Below are positions 1 through 9,095 of a stretch of DNA of 64,000 nucleotides, in pieces. The notes beneath the pieces were generated by a model. It was not told where the DNA came from, did no database searches, and worked only from the letters and a program-made list of their open reading frames with translations. A program made the translations under genes and the position numbers. Numbering within the stretch: the stretch's first letter is position 1; every line of letters begins with the position of its first letter. Source of the DNA: Deltaproteobacteria bacterium (GTDB taxonomy: Bacteria > SAR324 > NAC60-12); the NCBI GenBank assembly GCA_038150265.1, contig JAYOTF010000013.1:1-64000 (forward strand). The letters run 5' to 3'.

Positions 1-712
1 TCTGGAAGGCTCCGAGTTCCCCACGGAGGGAGGCCACCTGCTGCACAGCAGCGTCCACGAACTGCAGGGCATCCTGAGCGCCCGCCGTCGAAGTGACATC
101 AATGTCTGCCAGTGATTCGAAACCACTGCCATTGCTAATCGCTTCCACTTCCTTGGTCACCTCTCCACCGTCACGGGTGATGGTGACATTGAAGCCCAGG
201 TTGGTGGTGGCCATGTTCGGCAGCTCAACCGAAACCGTTTGCCCGGCGTTGGCGCCCACCTGGAAGGTCAGGCTCGAGTTGCTGCCGTCCAGCAGGTTCT
301 TGCGCGCATACTGGGTGGTGTTGGCAATGCGGTCGATGGCCGAAAGGGCATTTTCAATCTCTTGCTGGGAAGCCTCACGCATGGCGTCATCGTTGACCCC
401 TTCGTTGGCGGCAGCAATGGCCTGTTGGCGGATGTCCACCAGCAGACGGGCCACTTCGTTGAGAGCGCCCTCTGCGGTTTGCACCATCGTCACACCGGCT
501 TCGTTGTTGCGAGACGCTTGCTCCAGACCAGCGATCTGAGCCCGCATGTACTCGGAAACGACGAGGGCCGCAGGACCGTCTGCCGCTTTGTTGATCTTCA
601 CTCCCGAAGACAAGCGCTCCAGGCTCTTGGACATGGCCTCAGAGTTCTTGACCAGGTTGTGGTGGGCGACGTTGGCGCTGACGTTGTTGTTGATGCGAAG
701 TGCGGAAGCCAT
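1..712 (-). CDS. fliC: Flagellin (short type), 3' end runs off window; absent from ORF track
   Basis: Manual translation from ATG at 712: MASALRINNNVSANVAHHNLVKNSEAMSKSLERLSSGVKINKAADGPAALVVSE...QTAEGALNEV...FQVGANAGQ...LRGELGAFQ; close paralog of 2868..3776; AAGAGG upstream. Confidence 0.96.
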   Translation of the reverse strand, partial: MASALRINNNVSANVAHHNLVKNSEAMSKSLERLSSGVKINKAADGPAALVVSEYMRAQIAGLEQASRNNEAGVTMVQTAEGALNEVARLLVDIRQQAIAAANEGVNDDAMREASQQEIENALSAIDRIANTTQYARKNLLDGSNSSLTFQVGANAGQTVSVELPNMATTNLGFNVTITRDGGEVTKEVEAISNGSGFESLADIDVTSTAGAQDALQFVDAAVQQVASLRGELGAFQ

Positions 713-1013
713 AATAACCTCTTGAAGTTAGATAAAAAAATTCAAAGACACGAAATGGACTCCTCCTGGAACAATCAGCATTTCCTCCGATGAAATGCGG
801 TCGAAATCGGGAACTGCGCAGGGGCAGCGGCCGCTTGAGGAGAGCCAGCAAACGCTCATCCTTCCCGGGCTGATGAAAGCAGCGGCCCATGAACGGATCT
901 GCACCGCAAGGGTCCTCAACGCGTGAGGGAGGGACCGCCTTCCATGGTAGTCCCGTAAAAGCGGGCAGATGCGTGGTTCTGTTGGAGCCAGGACCCTGAG
1001 CCCTGGCTTCCGG

Positions 1014-1367
1014 TCAGCAACGATTCGTTGCCAAAAGCTGACGGAGCGCCTGAGCCGCTTGTTCCATACGGGCGGACTCCTGGGCCTGCCGTTTCTGGAA
1101 GAAGGAACTCAGGGGAGAGAGCCCGTGCGCCGACGATTCATCGGCATGGACCTCCAGAGGACGGACCCCTCGACCCCAGGCTTGACTTCGTAGCGGCTGC
1201 GTCAACCGGAGCCGAGGCTCGGCCTCCACACAGCGGTCAATGGTTTTCAACGCGACCTGTAACGCAAACGCGTCTCCTCCGGTCGACTCTGCAGACAGGG
1301 GACGTGAGTCCACTTGTGCGGAGTCCTGTTGCTTTCCCCCTTGTAGGCTTGGGAAGTCTTGCCACAT
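1014..1367 (-). CDS. Hypothetical 117-aa protein, flagellin-linked (paralog A)
   Basis: GGAG RBS; shares MWQ start, ALxTIDR block and C-terminal EQAAQALRxLLATxRC with 4040..4375. Confidence 0.8.
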   Translation of the reverse strand: MWQDFPSLQGGKQQDSAQVDSRPLSAESTGGDAFALQVALKTIDRCVEAEPRLRLTQPLRSQAWGRGVRPLEVHADESSAHGLSPLSSFFQKRQAQESARMEQAAQALRQLLATNRC

Positions 1368-1397
1368 GGGTTCACTCCAAAAATAAGGATAAGAAGA

Positions 1398-1460
1398 GCC
1401 TCTTCTCCATGAGGTAAAGGTACCGTTCCATGGCGCGCTTGTGTTTCACAGAGAAGAGGC
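1398..1460 (-). promoter_or_regulatory. Conserved structured leader element, copy 1
   Basis: 10-bp stem 1398-1407/1451-1460 enclosing core AAGCGCGCCATGGAACGGTACCTTT (minus strand), near-identical core in copy 2. Confidence 0.6.
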
Positions 1461-2815
1461 AAAGCCTAATCAAAGACTTGACCCATTTCCGGAAGGAGTT
1501 CCTGGGCTTCCATGTCCCCACTCGATTCCAGAAAAACAATGAACCTCGGCTAAGAAGATTCATGAACATTCCAGGGACAGCTGTCCCAGAAAACCGGTGT
1601 CATCCACGACTCGGTTTCCTTGCAAAAGTTCCAGAAGACTGGAAGCTTTGCGAGAAAACGGAGAGAGAGATCTTTTCTGATTAGGCCCGAAGCTGACTGA
1701 GTGATTGAGGGAAAAAGAACCCCTGCAACCCGTCTTGAGCCATTCCTTCTGAAAAAGATCTCGCAACCAATCGGCACCGTTTTGATTCAGCACTGCCCCC
1801 CAACCTGATCATAAAATTTGGGTGGAACCCCCTCGTTTGAGGACCCGGAGTTTTCTCCTTCTTGAAGCTTGGTTCTCCATCTCATTTTTCCTGCTTGAAG
1901 AAAAGTGAAGGGTGGCCGAAGTTTCGAGGAAAAAAGCTCTTGAGAAAAGACATCTCTTTGAGAATCCAGTTCCCCCTCCAACAAGAAGGTTTCGGGCCTC
2001 CAGAGAAAGGGTTTCCCAGCGCTCCGGAGGGTTTCTCTGTGCTTGAAAGAAGGCCTGGCTCTGTGAGAATTCCACCTTGAGGAGACTTTCGGAAGCCGCC
2101 CACCTTTTCAAAGAGAAAGATGGCGATTCCCTCGGTAAAGGGCTTCCTAGTTGTTTCAGCCCACGTTCCTCTGGCTAAAGTTCCCCCTTGCTCCTTTTCC
2201 CCGGGTCGGGTGGAAGGAGTCGAGGCTCAAGCGAGTTGCTTGAGATCGAAAGGTTCCGGAACTTCCTGGAAAGCCTGAATTCAAGTCCCTCTGAAAGAAA
2301 ACCCTCGAAGAAAATCGAGCAAGCCAGAGGAAAACGATTCTGGAGCCTGGTGTCCATTGGGTTCCAGCGAACCCGTGAAACGGGACGTCCAGCAGGTCTT
2401 CATGAGAGCCGAACCGATTCCTGTGTTTCTGAGTCAACAGACTCCGGAACGGAAGGCACTCTTGAGCAGACTCTGCAGAGGCCAGCTGTGTGGCTCTGGC
2501 CCACAGAGGTCGGGCGTTGACGGTTTGAAGAACAGCGGCGAAGACCGCAGGAGTTGCTTCAGGGTGTCAGGGTTCGCGACGGCGTGAGCCCAGCCAGCAA
2601 GGGGGCTTCAGTGCTAACGGTGCATTGTCAAAGATCGGGCAGTGCGCCTTCCCCTTACCCCGGGAAGGGCGTGCAGGGCTCCCTGTGACCTGAGACCGCT
2701 TGACGGCTTCAGGGCTTGGGAGCAAGTGAGGATGGATCAGGCCTGAGGCCCGTCAGTTCCCCAATTCAGCCTCCAGAGGAAGCTGAACTGGAGGACCGCT
2801 GGGGTCACTCCGATC

Positions 2816-2853
2816 GGGGTGAGGGAAGGGCGCCAGGCGCCTCCCCTCACTCC
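2816..2853 (-). terminator. Long GC-rich stem-loop just downstream of flagellin 2
   Basis: Inverted repeat ggggtgagggaagggcgcc/ggcgcctcccctcactcc about 15 nt after the stop; no clear U-tract. Confidence 0.5.
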
Positions 2854-2867
2854 GGAGGGGCTCGGGA

Positions 2868-3776
2868 TTAGGCGTTGAGCAACCGCAGGACGTTTTGCGG
2901 AAGCGCATTGGCCTGAGCCAGCTGAGCCGTTGCCGACTGAGTCATGATCTGGTTGCGAGTGAACTGTGCCATCTCGGCCGCCATATCGGTGTCGCGGATC
3001 ACAGACTCGGAGGCTGTCAGGTTCTCCTGAGCAATGCGGAGGCTGTTGAGGTTGCTCTCCAGGGTGTTCTTCTGGAAGGCACCCAACTCACCGCGGGTCG
3101 AAGCGACCTGCTCAATGGCCGCGTCGACCATGTTGATGGTGTCTTGAGCACCCATCGTGGACGTGACGTCCACATCGGCCAGGGACACGAAGCCACTACC
3201 ATTCTGAACCGGGTTAGTGGTCTTCACCGGCTTGCCGCTGGAGCGGTCAATGGTGACGTCAAAGCCAAGCTTGGTGGTGTTCATGCTGGGCATTTCCACC
3301 GAAACGGTCTGTCCGGAGTTGGCACCGACCTGGAACACAAGCTCCGGGTTGCTGCCGTCCAGCAGGTTCTTGCGAGCGTACTGCGTGTTGGCTGAGATCC
3401 GGTCGATGGCCGCCAGGGCGTTTTCGATTTCCTGCTGGGAGGCTTCCCGCATGGCCGGATCGTTGACCCCTTCGTTGGCAGCGGCAACGGCTTGCTGGCG
3501 GATGTCCACCAACAGACGACCCACTTCGTTGAGGGCCCCTTCCGCGGTCTGCACCATGGTGACGCCGGCTTCGTTGTTCCGGGTCGCCTGCTCCAAGCCG
3601 GCAATCTGAGCCCGCATGTATTCGGAAACGACCAACGACGCAGGACCATCTGCCGCCTTGTTGATCTTCATTCCGGAAGACAAGCGCTCCAGGCTGTCGC
3701 TGGTGGCCTCGGTGTTCTTCATCAAGTTGCGGTGAGCGTTGATGGCACTGGTGTTGTTGTTGATGCGAAGAGACAT
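2868..3776 (-). CDS. fliC: Flagellin (302 aa, minimal variable region)
   Basis: MSLRINNN, LERLSSGMKINKAAD, QTAEGALNEV, RGELGAFQ, IRDTDMAAEMA, AQANALPQNVLRLL. Confidence 0.97.
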   Translation of the reverse strand: MSLRINNNTSAINAHRNLMKNTEATSDSLERLSSGMKINKAADGPASLVVSEYMRAQIAGLEQATRNNEAGVTMVQTAEGALNEVGRLLVDIRQQAVAAANEGVNDPAMREASQQEIENALAAIDRISANTQYARKNLLDGSNPELVFQVGANSGQTVSVEMPSMNTTKLGFDVTIDRSSGKPVKTTNPVQNGSGFVSLADVDVTSTMGAQDTINMVDAAIEQVASTRGELGAFQKNTLESNLNSLRIAQENLTASESVIRDTDMAAEMAQFTRNQIMTQSATAQLAQANALPQNVLRLLNA

Positions 3777-3830
3777 AGGAACCTTTTTCGAGAAAATAAA
3801 TTTTCGTCAACAATCCTTCATGGATGGAAG

Positions 3831-4000
3831 GCAACTCGGTCCATGAGTTGCTCAAGTCACGGGGACTTCGGGTGAAGTGGCCACAACCGGAGTCGGGATC
3901 AATCCATCTGACTCCGCCCCTGCATCAAAGACATGTGGCGGTACCTGAAGATGACCATCCTGGTCATCAAGGAAAGACCGTCTTCCATGACAGTCCTTCC
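3831..4000 (-). promoter_or_regulatory. Flagellin leader with four GGA-loop hairpins (putative CsrA/RsmA sites)
   Basis: Hairpins 3831-3851 (loop AUGGACC), 3889-3915 (GGAUUG), 3950-3968 (CAGGAUG), 3971-4000 (AUGGAA) on the mRNA strand. Confidence 0.65.
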
Positions 4001-4039
4001 CCTCAAAAAGCGAGAGCGTGACCGCGTCAGCGGGTCACC

Positions 4040-4375
4040 TCAGCAGCGCGTCGTTGCCAGCAGGCGCCGGAGCGCTTGAGCAGCCTGCTCCAGACGGAGC
4101 TGTTCCTGCTCTTTCTGCTCTTGAAGAAAGACTTCGAGCTCCTCTCCCACCATGGCAAGAGGAGCCACCTGGGCCTCTTGCTTCAAGCGGGTCGGTTGCT
4201 CCCGGTTCCGGCGCAAGCGTTGCGAAAGTCCGGAGCCGGTAAAACGATCAATCGTTTGAAGGGCTTCCTGAATGGCAGCAGATTCAGCATCATGAAGACT
4301 CTGAGAACTGGCTGCTTCGCCCAAGGAAGACTTCCGGAACTCCAGTTCCGACAAGTTTGGGGAGTTCTGCCACAT
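4040..4375 (-). CDS. Hypothetical 111-aa protein, flagellin-linked (paralog B)
   Basis: Strong AAAGGAG RBS; paralog of 1014..1367 in the same position relative to a flagellin. Confidence 0.82.
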   Translation of the reverse strand: MWQNSPNLSELEFRKSSLGEAASSQSLHDAESAAIQEALQTIDRFTGSGLSQRLRRNREQPTRLKQEAQVAPLAMVGEELEVFLQEQKEQEQLRLEQAAQALRRLLATTRC

Positions 4376-4399
4376 GGCGTCTCCTTTCAGGTTTCAGAA

Positions 4400-4467
4400 G
4401 CCCCTTCCCCAGGTCGCAGAAAGGTACCGGGTCCATGGCGCGCTTTGGCTTCCATGGGGAAGGGGGC
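4400..4467 (-). promoter_or_regulatory. Conserved structured leader element, copy 2
   Basis: 11-bp stem 4401-4411/4455-4465 enclosing AAGCGCGCCATGGACCCGGTACCTTT. Confidence 0.6.
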
Positions 4468-4992
4468 AAGATCAAAAACAAACGCTTGGAGGCACGCAAG
4501 CCCACAGGGTCTGCTCCAGAACAAGAGGACTCTCGCTTGGACAGAGCCAGGAAGGCCTGGCTCCCGGACGCAACAGGGCCCGGGGCGTTCTCCTTGAAAA
4601 GTCATGGAGTTCTCGCCAGCACATTTGCGGTTGAGCACAAACGAGCAGACGGACTCCTGCCGATGAGTCCCGTTTCCGTTTCCGGATTTCGGACTCCTGC
4701 CGAAGAGAACAACAGTCCTCACTCGGTCGAGAGGCAACTCCGGGAAGAGCGAGCTCTTCCTCTTTGAGTCTGCCTAGACGGCACTCGGCTCTTCGCCGAG
4801 CTGACGTCTACACAGACCAAACGACGGCCTGCAACAAGGTGCTCCCTTGATGAGGTCCCACCCCACCACGAGGCGTCTGAAGACCAGGTGGTTGGATCCA
4901 ATCCTCCCGGGTTCTGGGCTCCAGCTGAGCCGAAGCCTCCGGAGCGGAAGAACAGCTGGGCAACCAGGCCTTCTTCTCCCGGACGGGCTCCG

Positions 4993-5108
4993 AGGTCATC
5001 AGGCGCACGACGACCTGCTGGATGGATTTCATCCACGGTCGATGGCCCCTGGTTCGCCAGGTCATCAGGCGCACGACGACCTGCTGGATGGGTTTCATCC
5101 ACGGTCGA
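4993..5108. repeat. Tandem 50-bp direct repeat (66-bp period), each unit with two hairpins
   Basis: aggtcatcaggcgcacgacgacctgctggatgg(a/g)tttcatccacggtcga at 4993-5042 and 5059-5108, one mismatch. Confidence 0.9.
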
Positions 5109-5914
5109 CGCCCCCCGGAATTCCAGTGCGGCCGGTCTTGACGCCACTCGGGAGAAGGCGGCTGCGAGGAAGCCGTGAGGCTTTCCCGGTCGAGCGGCAG
5201 ATCTCCCTCCGAACTTCTGGTGAGAAGGTCGACGGGTTCCGGACGTAACGGTTCGGTTCCTCACAGCAAGACGAACCCCGGAGTGTGGAGACACGTCAGC
5301 CATGGGCAGAAGCGTTCCGGCTGTTCTGCCGTTTCGCTTGAGCGACCTGGGGAGCAAGGGCCTTGCTCTCCTGCGAGGAGATTCCGCCACCCAAACCGAG
5401 GCTTCCCTGGTTGAGCGATCTTCCGCCACCGGGATTTCTGGGAGCTGGATTGCGCCAGCCTGGTCGAAAATCCCGTGAGCGGGTGAACGCGTTCCCTGGG
5501 CATCAGCCTTCACGCAAGCCCTCAGCGGATGCTCGACGCGTAGAAATAGAGCTCCGGAGGAGAAGGCGCGTTGCCCTGGACCGGTCCCGGCAGCAAGTCT
5601 GGACGAATCCAGAGCCGGGCAAGTCCCAGAGCAGGCAACCATTCTCTTGCGGAAATGAAGGGGCATCAGCCTTCTCCAAGTCGGTGCAGCAGTCCAGATT
5701 CCGGGCAGTCCCGGAACCCTCCTCACAAAACAGGGCGCAGCGCAGCGCAAGGAACACGTCCTTCGGTGTGCGGCTCCCTGTTTCCAGAGGGGACCATCGG
5801 ATTCCATTCCGACGCCTTCAGAGCTACCTGTAGAGGGGTGGGTTCAGGAGATTCAGTTGTCAAAGAACTCATGGAATGCCTCCATTGCTGGAGTGAGAAG
5901 GTCCATGACCCTTC

Positions 5915-6931
5915 TCAGCAAGCGGAAGGGGAGCGGCAGGTAAATCCCTGCGTGGCACTCCACCGCCAGTCATGAGCGGGATGAAGGTGAACCCCACCGA
6001 TCCAGTCGTCCTGCGTGTGCACCGCCAGCCAGTCCGCCTGCTCCTGCAGCACGGACCAACCCCGTGGGGTCAGGGAGGCTTGGAACTGCTGAAACGTCTC
6101 ATCCGGAAAGGGCTCCCGGGGCACCGCATAAAACGGTTCCGGACCCGTGAGTTCCAGGAGAGGAAATTCGGCAGTTCCCAGCAGCGCAATCTGTCGCCAG
6201 AAGGACCAGTCCCCCATGAAGCGAATGGGTTCCTGGGCCTGCGTGGCCGAAAAGAGGTCCACGACCCGGCGGGTTCCCGCAGCAACCGCCTGAAGAATGA
6301 GGCGTTGCGTCTGGGAAAGCCCCGTTTGGGAATCCGGATACTCCTGCGCGAGGCGGAGCAGTCCGGTTCGCAGAAAGGGCAGAGCCGAAAGGTCCTGACG
6401 CAGAAAGCGACCGAATCGTTGAGGAGACGGTGCTGTGAAGCACCGCCAGCCTTCTTGTCCAAGAGCCTGCTGCTCCTCTGTCAGCACCTTCCGGTTCTGG
6501 AAGGCGGACTGGAGCGCGGATTGGGCGTGAGGGGCTCCGAGGTAATTGGCCACGAAGACACACGACACCCGTGTTCGGTTCAGAAGCTCGGGCCCGATTC
6601 CTGCCGGAGGCGCTGAGAGCAGATGAAGGATTTGGAGCAACTGGAGCTGGTCATAAAGCTCAAAGCTGTTCCAGAGCAACACCTCTGTCTCAGAAGCGAG
6701 GGCCTGTGCCAACGCCTGGTTCCGCAGACGGAACTGTTCCCGGGCGTTCTCCTCAGAATCCCATCCGCACGCCGCAAGAAAGCGGGCGCGAGCATCATTC
6801 AGTTGTTCCGGAGTCAAGGCTCCGGGGACGGGTCCGTCATGGAGGACGTCCCGCCAACTCAGAAAGCGCCCAGGCAACCCTGCTGCGCGTAAAACCGTTT
6901 CGGCACAATCGCCGTTGACCAGGTGCAACAT
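5915..6931 (-). CDS. DUF1835-like protein
   Basis: N-terminus MLHLVNGD...WRDVLHDGPVP, later LYDQLQ and FMGD motifs; start chosen at ATG 6931. Confidence 0.75.
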   Translation of the reverse strand: MLHLVNGDCAETVLRAAGLPGRFLSWRDVLHDGPVPGALTPEQLNDARARFLAACGWDSEENAREQFRLRNQALAQALASETEVLLWNSFELYDQLQLLQILHLLSAPPAGIGPELLNRTRVSCVFVANYLGAPHAQSALQSAFQNRKVLTEEQQALGQEGWRCFTAPSPQRFGRFLRQDLSALPFLRTGLLRLAQEYPDSQTGLSQTQRLILQAVAAGTRRVVDLFSATQAQEPIRFMGDWSFWRQIALLGTAEFPLLELTGPEPFYAVPREPFPDETFQQFQASLTPRGWSVLQEQADWLAVHTQDDWIGGVHLHPAHDWRWSATQGFTCRSPSAC

Positions 6932-7102
6932 GGACCATCTTTCGCCTGGAAAGAGGGCGTCCTTGCACGGCAGGAGGTGCCGCTCCTCCATGAGCGGCAG
7001 CGAGCGACCCGAAAGGAACCAGGTTCCGGTGTTCGGGGCACTGCGCCTGTGAGAAGGCTTCCGCGGGCGGAACACCTCCTTCCGGAGAGGCTTCTCTGGA
7101 CT

Positions 7103-8638
7103 TCAGGTGAAGCAGGAAGCACTCATGAGAGGCACCGTCTCGGGGTGCTGGACCGGGAACGGCAGGCGTTCCAGAATGTCCTGATGGAGGTCCACCCCCG
7201 GGGCCAGTTCGATCAGCTCCAGTGCTCCCGTTCCGGACGCCTCCGGCTTCAGGCGGAAGACCGCCCGCTCGGTGATGTACAGCACCGGCTGGCCCCGTTC
7301 CTGGGCGTAGGCGCCACTGAAGGTGATCTGCTCCACATGCGAGACGAGTTTGGGCGTTCCTTCCCGGACAACCCGGAGCCTTCCCGACGAGAGGTCCAGC
7401 TCCGCATGGGCCGAAAACAGCCCCACAAAGTAGAGGGCCTTGGCGTTCTGGCTGATGTTGATGAAGCCACCAGCCCCCGCCAGCTTGGGACCAAACTTGC
7501 TCACATTGACATTTCCGGAGGCATCCAGTTGAGCCATGCCGAGAAATGCCTGATCCAGTCCGCCCCCGTCGTAAAAGTCGAACTGGTACGGCTGGTCGAT
7601 GATCGACTCCGGATTCGTCACTGCTCCAAAGCTCAGCCCGGAGGCCGGCATTCCGCCAATGCCTCCCGGCTCAACTGTCATCGTGATCGTTGACAACACC
7701 CCGTTTTCTGATGCAACGGAGGCGATGCCTTCCGGCATGCCGATGCCCAGATTCACCACTGCCCCCGGACGCAGCTCCTGCGCCGCTCGGCGAGCGATGA
7801 CCTTCCGTTCATCCAGAGCCAGGGGCGGCAGCATCGTCAGCGGACGATGGACCTCGCCACAGTAGGCCGGATTGAACGGCTCCAGAAGCGTTTGGGCGTG
7901 ATACGCCAGAGGCGACTCCACCACCCAGTCCACGAGGATGCCCGGAACCTTCACCATCTGCGGAGAAAGCCGGTGCTGCTCGGTGACACGCTCCACCTGA
8001 ACGATGACCACGCCTCCGGAATTCCGGACGGCCTGCGCAATGGAAAGAGCTTCCAGCGTCAGGGCCTCGCGTTCCATCGTGATGTTTCCCGCCAGGTCCG
8101 AAGTGGTCCCTCGGATCAAGGCGACCTGGAGGGGGAAAGCTGGGTAAAACAGCCACTCCTGCCCGCGGAGCGAGACGAGTTCCACCAGGTCTTCAGTGGT
8201 ACGGCTGTTGAGCTTGCCTCCTTCCAGACGCGGGTCCACAAAGGTCCGGAGCCCCACGTGAGTGAGGACACCGGGCTTGTTGCCCGCAATGGCTCGGTAG
8301 AGGTGCGTCAGAACGCCTTGCGGCAGACAGTACGCCTCCAACTCGCCCTGTAAGGCCATCTTCCCGAGCTTGGGGACCAATCCCCAGTGTCCGCCGACCA
8401 CACGCTTCACCATGCCCGGGTGGGCAAAGTGGTTCACGCCGGCCCGGTCGCCATCCCCCTGACCCGCGGCATAGACCACGGTCAGGTTTCCGGGAGATCC
8501 GGACGCCAGGAACTGCTCCTCAAGCCCCGTCAATAGGTACTCTGGGGACCCCGTGGCCACAAAGCCACCGGTCACCACGGTGTCTCCCGGACGGATGTGC
8601 GCAAGCGCTTCTTCCCGGGAAACAATCTTGGATTTCAT
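7103..8638 (-). CDS. Acyl-CoA:acetate/propionate CoA-transferase (YdiF/Pct family)
   Basis: [60 protein letters not shown]. Confidence 0.92.
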   Translation of the reverse strand: MKSKIVSREEALAHIRPGDTVVTGGFVATGSPEYLLTGLEEQFLASGSPGNLTVVYAAGQGDGDRAGVNHFAHPGMVKRVVGGHWGLVPKLGKMALQGELEAYCLPQGVLTHLYRAIAGNKPGVLTHVGLRTFVDPRLEGGKLNSRTTEDLVELVSLRGQEWLFYPAFPLQVALIRGTTSDLAGNITMEREALTLEALSIAQAVRNSGGVVIVQVERVTEQHRLSPQMVKVPGILVDWVVESPLAYHAQTLLEPFNPAYCGEVHRPLTMLPPLALDERKVIARRAAQELRPGAVVNLGIGMPEGIASVASENGVLSTITMTVEPGGIGGMPASGLSFGAVTNPESIIDQPYQFDFYDGGGLDQAFLGMAQLDASGNVNVSKFGPKLAGAGGFINISQNAKALYFVGLFSAHAELDLSSGRLRVVREGTPKLVSHVEQITFSGAYAQERGQPVLYITERAVFRLKPEASGTGALELIELAPGVDLHQDILERLPFPVQHPETVPLMSASCFT

Positions 8639-9095
8639 GGTTCCTTTCTCAGAAGGCGGGATTCCATGAAAAATATATTTTCTGGAAACATTCCCAGCAC
8701 ACCTGGGAACCTTCCTTCTCCTGAAGGAAGTCCAGAAGCTCCACCGCTTGAGGGTGGACCGCTTCGTCGTCCGGATCGGTTGACGTCCGGATGATTCTCG
8801 TGTCGGCGCTTCCCAGGCTGAGGGAGGCGCATGAAGCTTTTCGAGCCTCTCCCTTTCTGGCGACCGGCTTGCGCGAGTCGTCCGGAGGGCTTCCCAACAA
8901 CGGTCACTCCCACGAAACCGGGAGCCGGATTGTCTCAGGCGCGGTGAGTTCCGAGGGAACCACAGACCGAGCCGCTTTCAGACGAGGGCCCTGTTGCCAG
9001 ACCTCCCCCCTGCCTAAAAGACAGGTGGACCCGGGGAGGTCTCGAAGAATGAGTGAGGCGTTTGGCCCCGCCTCGGTTTACGTCAATCGGGCCAC

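Noticed and set aside
1014..1035. sigma54 promoter TGGCA…TTGC for flagellin 1
   Set aside because: GG-GC spacing is 12 nt rather than 10, and the sequence encodes the conserved LLATNRC end of the small ORF
4993..5108. CRISPR array
   Set aside because: Only two 50-bp units with a 16-nt gap and no cas genes
4960..5110. Hammerhead ribozyme (CUGAUGA in each repeat, minus strand)
   Set aside because: No correctly placed GAAA after stem II and no stem I/III pairing with an NUH site that I could find
4719..5807. 362-aa ORF as a real gene
   Set aside because: Arg/Pro/Ala/Gly-rich composition typical of non-coding GC-rich frames and no recognisable motif; not fully excluded
5780..5830. tmRNA/tRNA-like 5' end (ggggaccatcggattcc…gac)
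   Set aside because: No matching T-arm, CCA 3' end or tag reading frame found
8649..8900. 83-aa ORF with CWEC motif
   Set aside because: TTG start, no recognisable family; the region is better explained by hairpins
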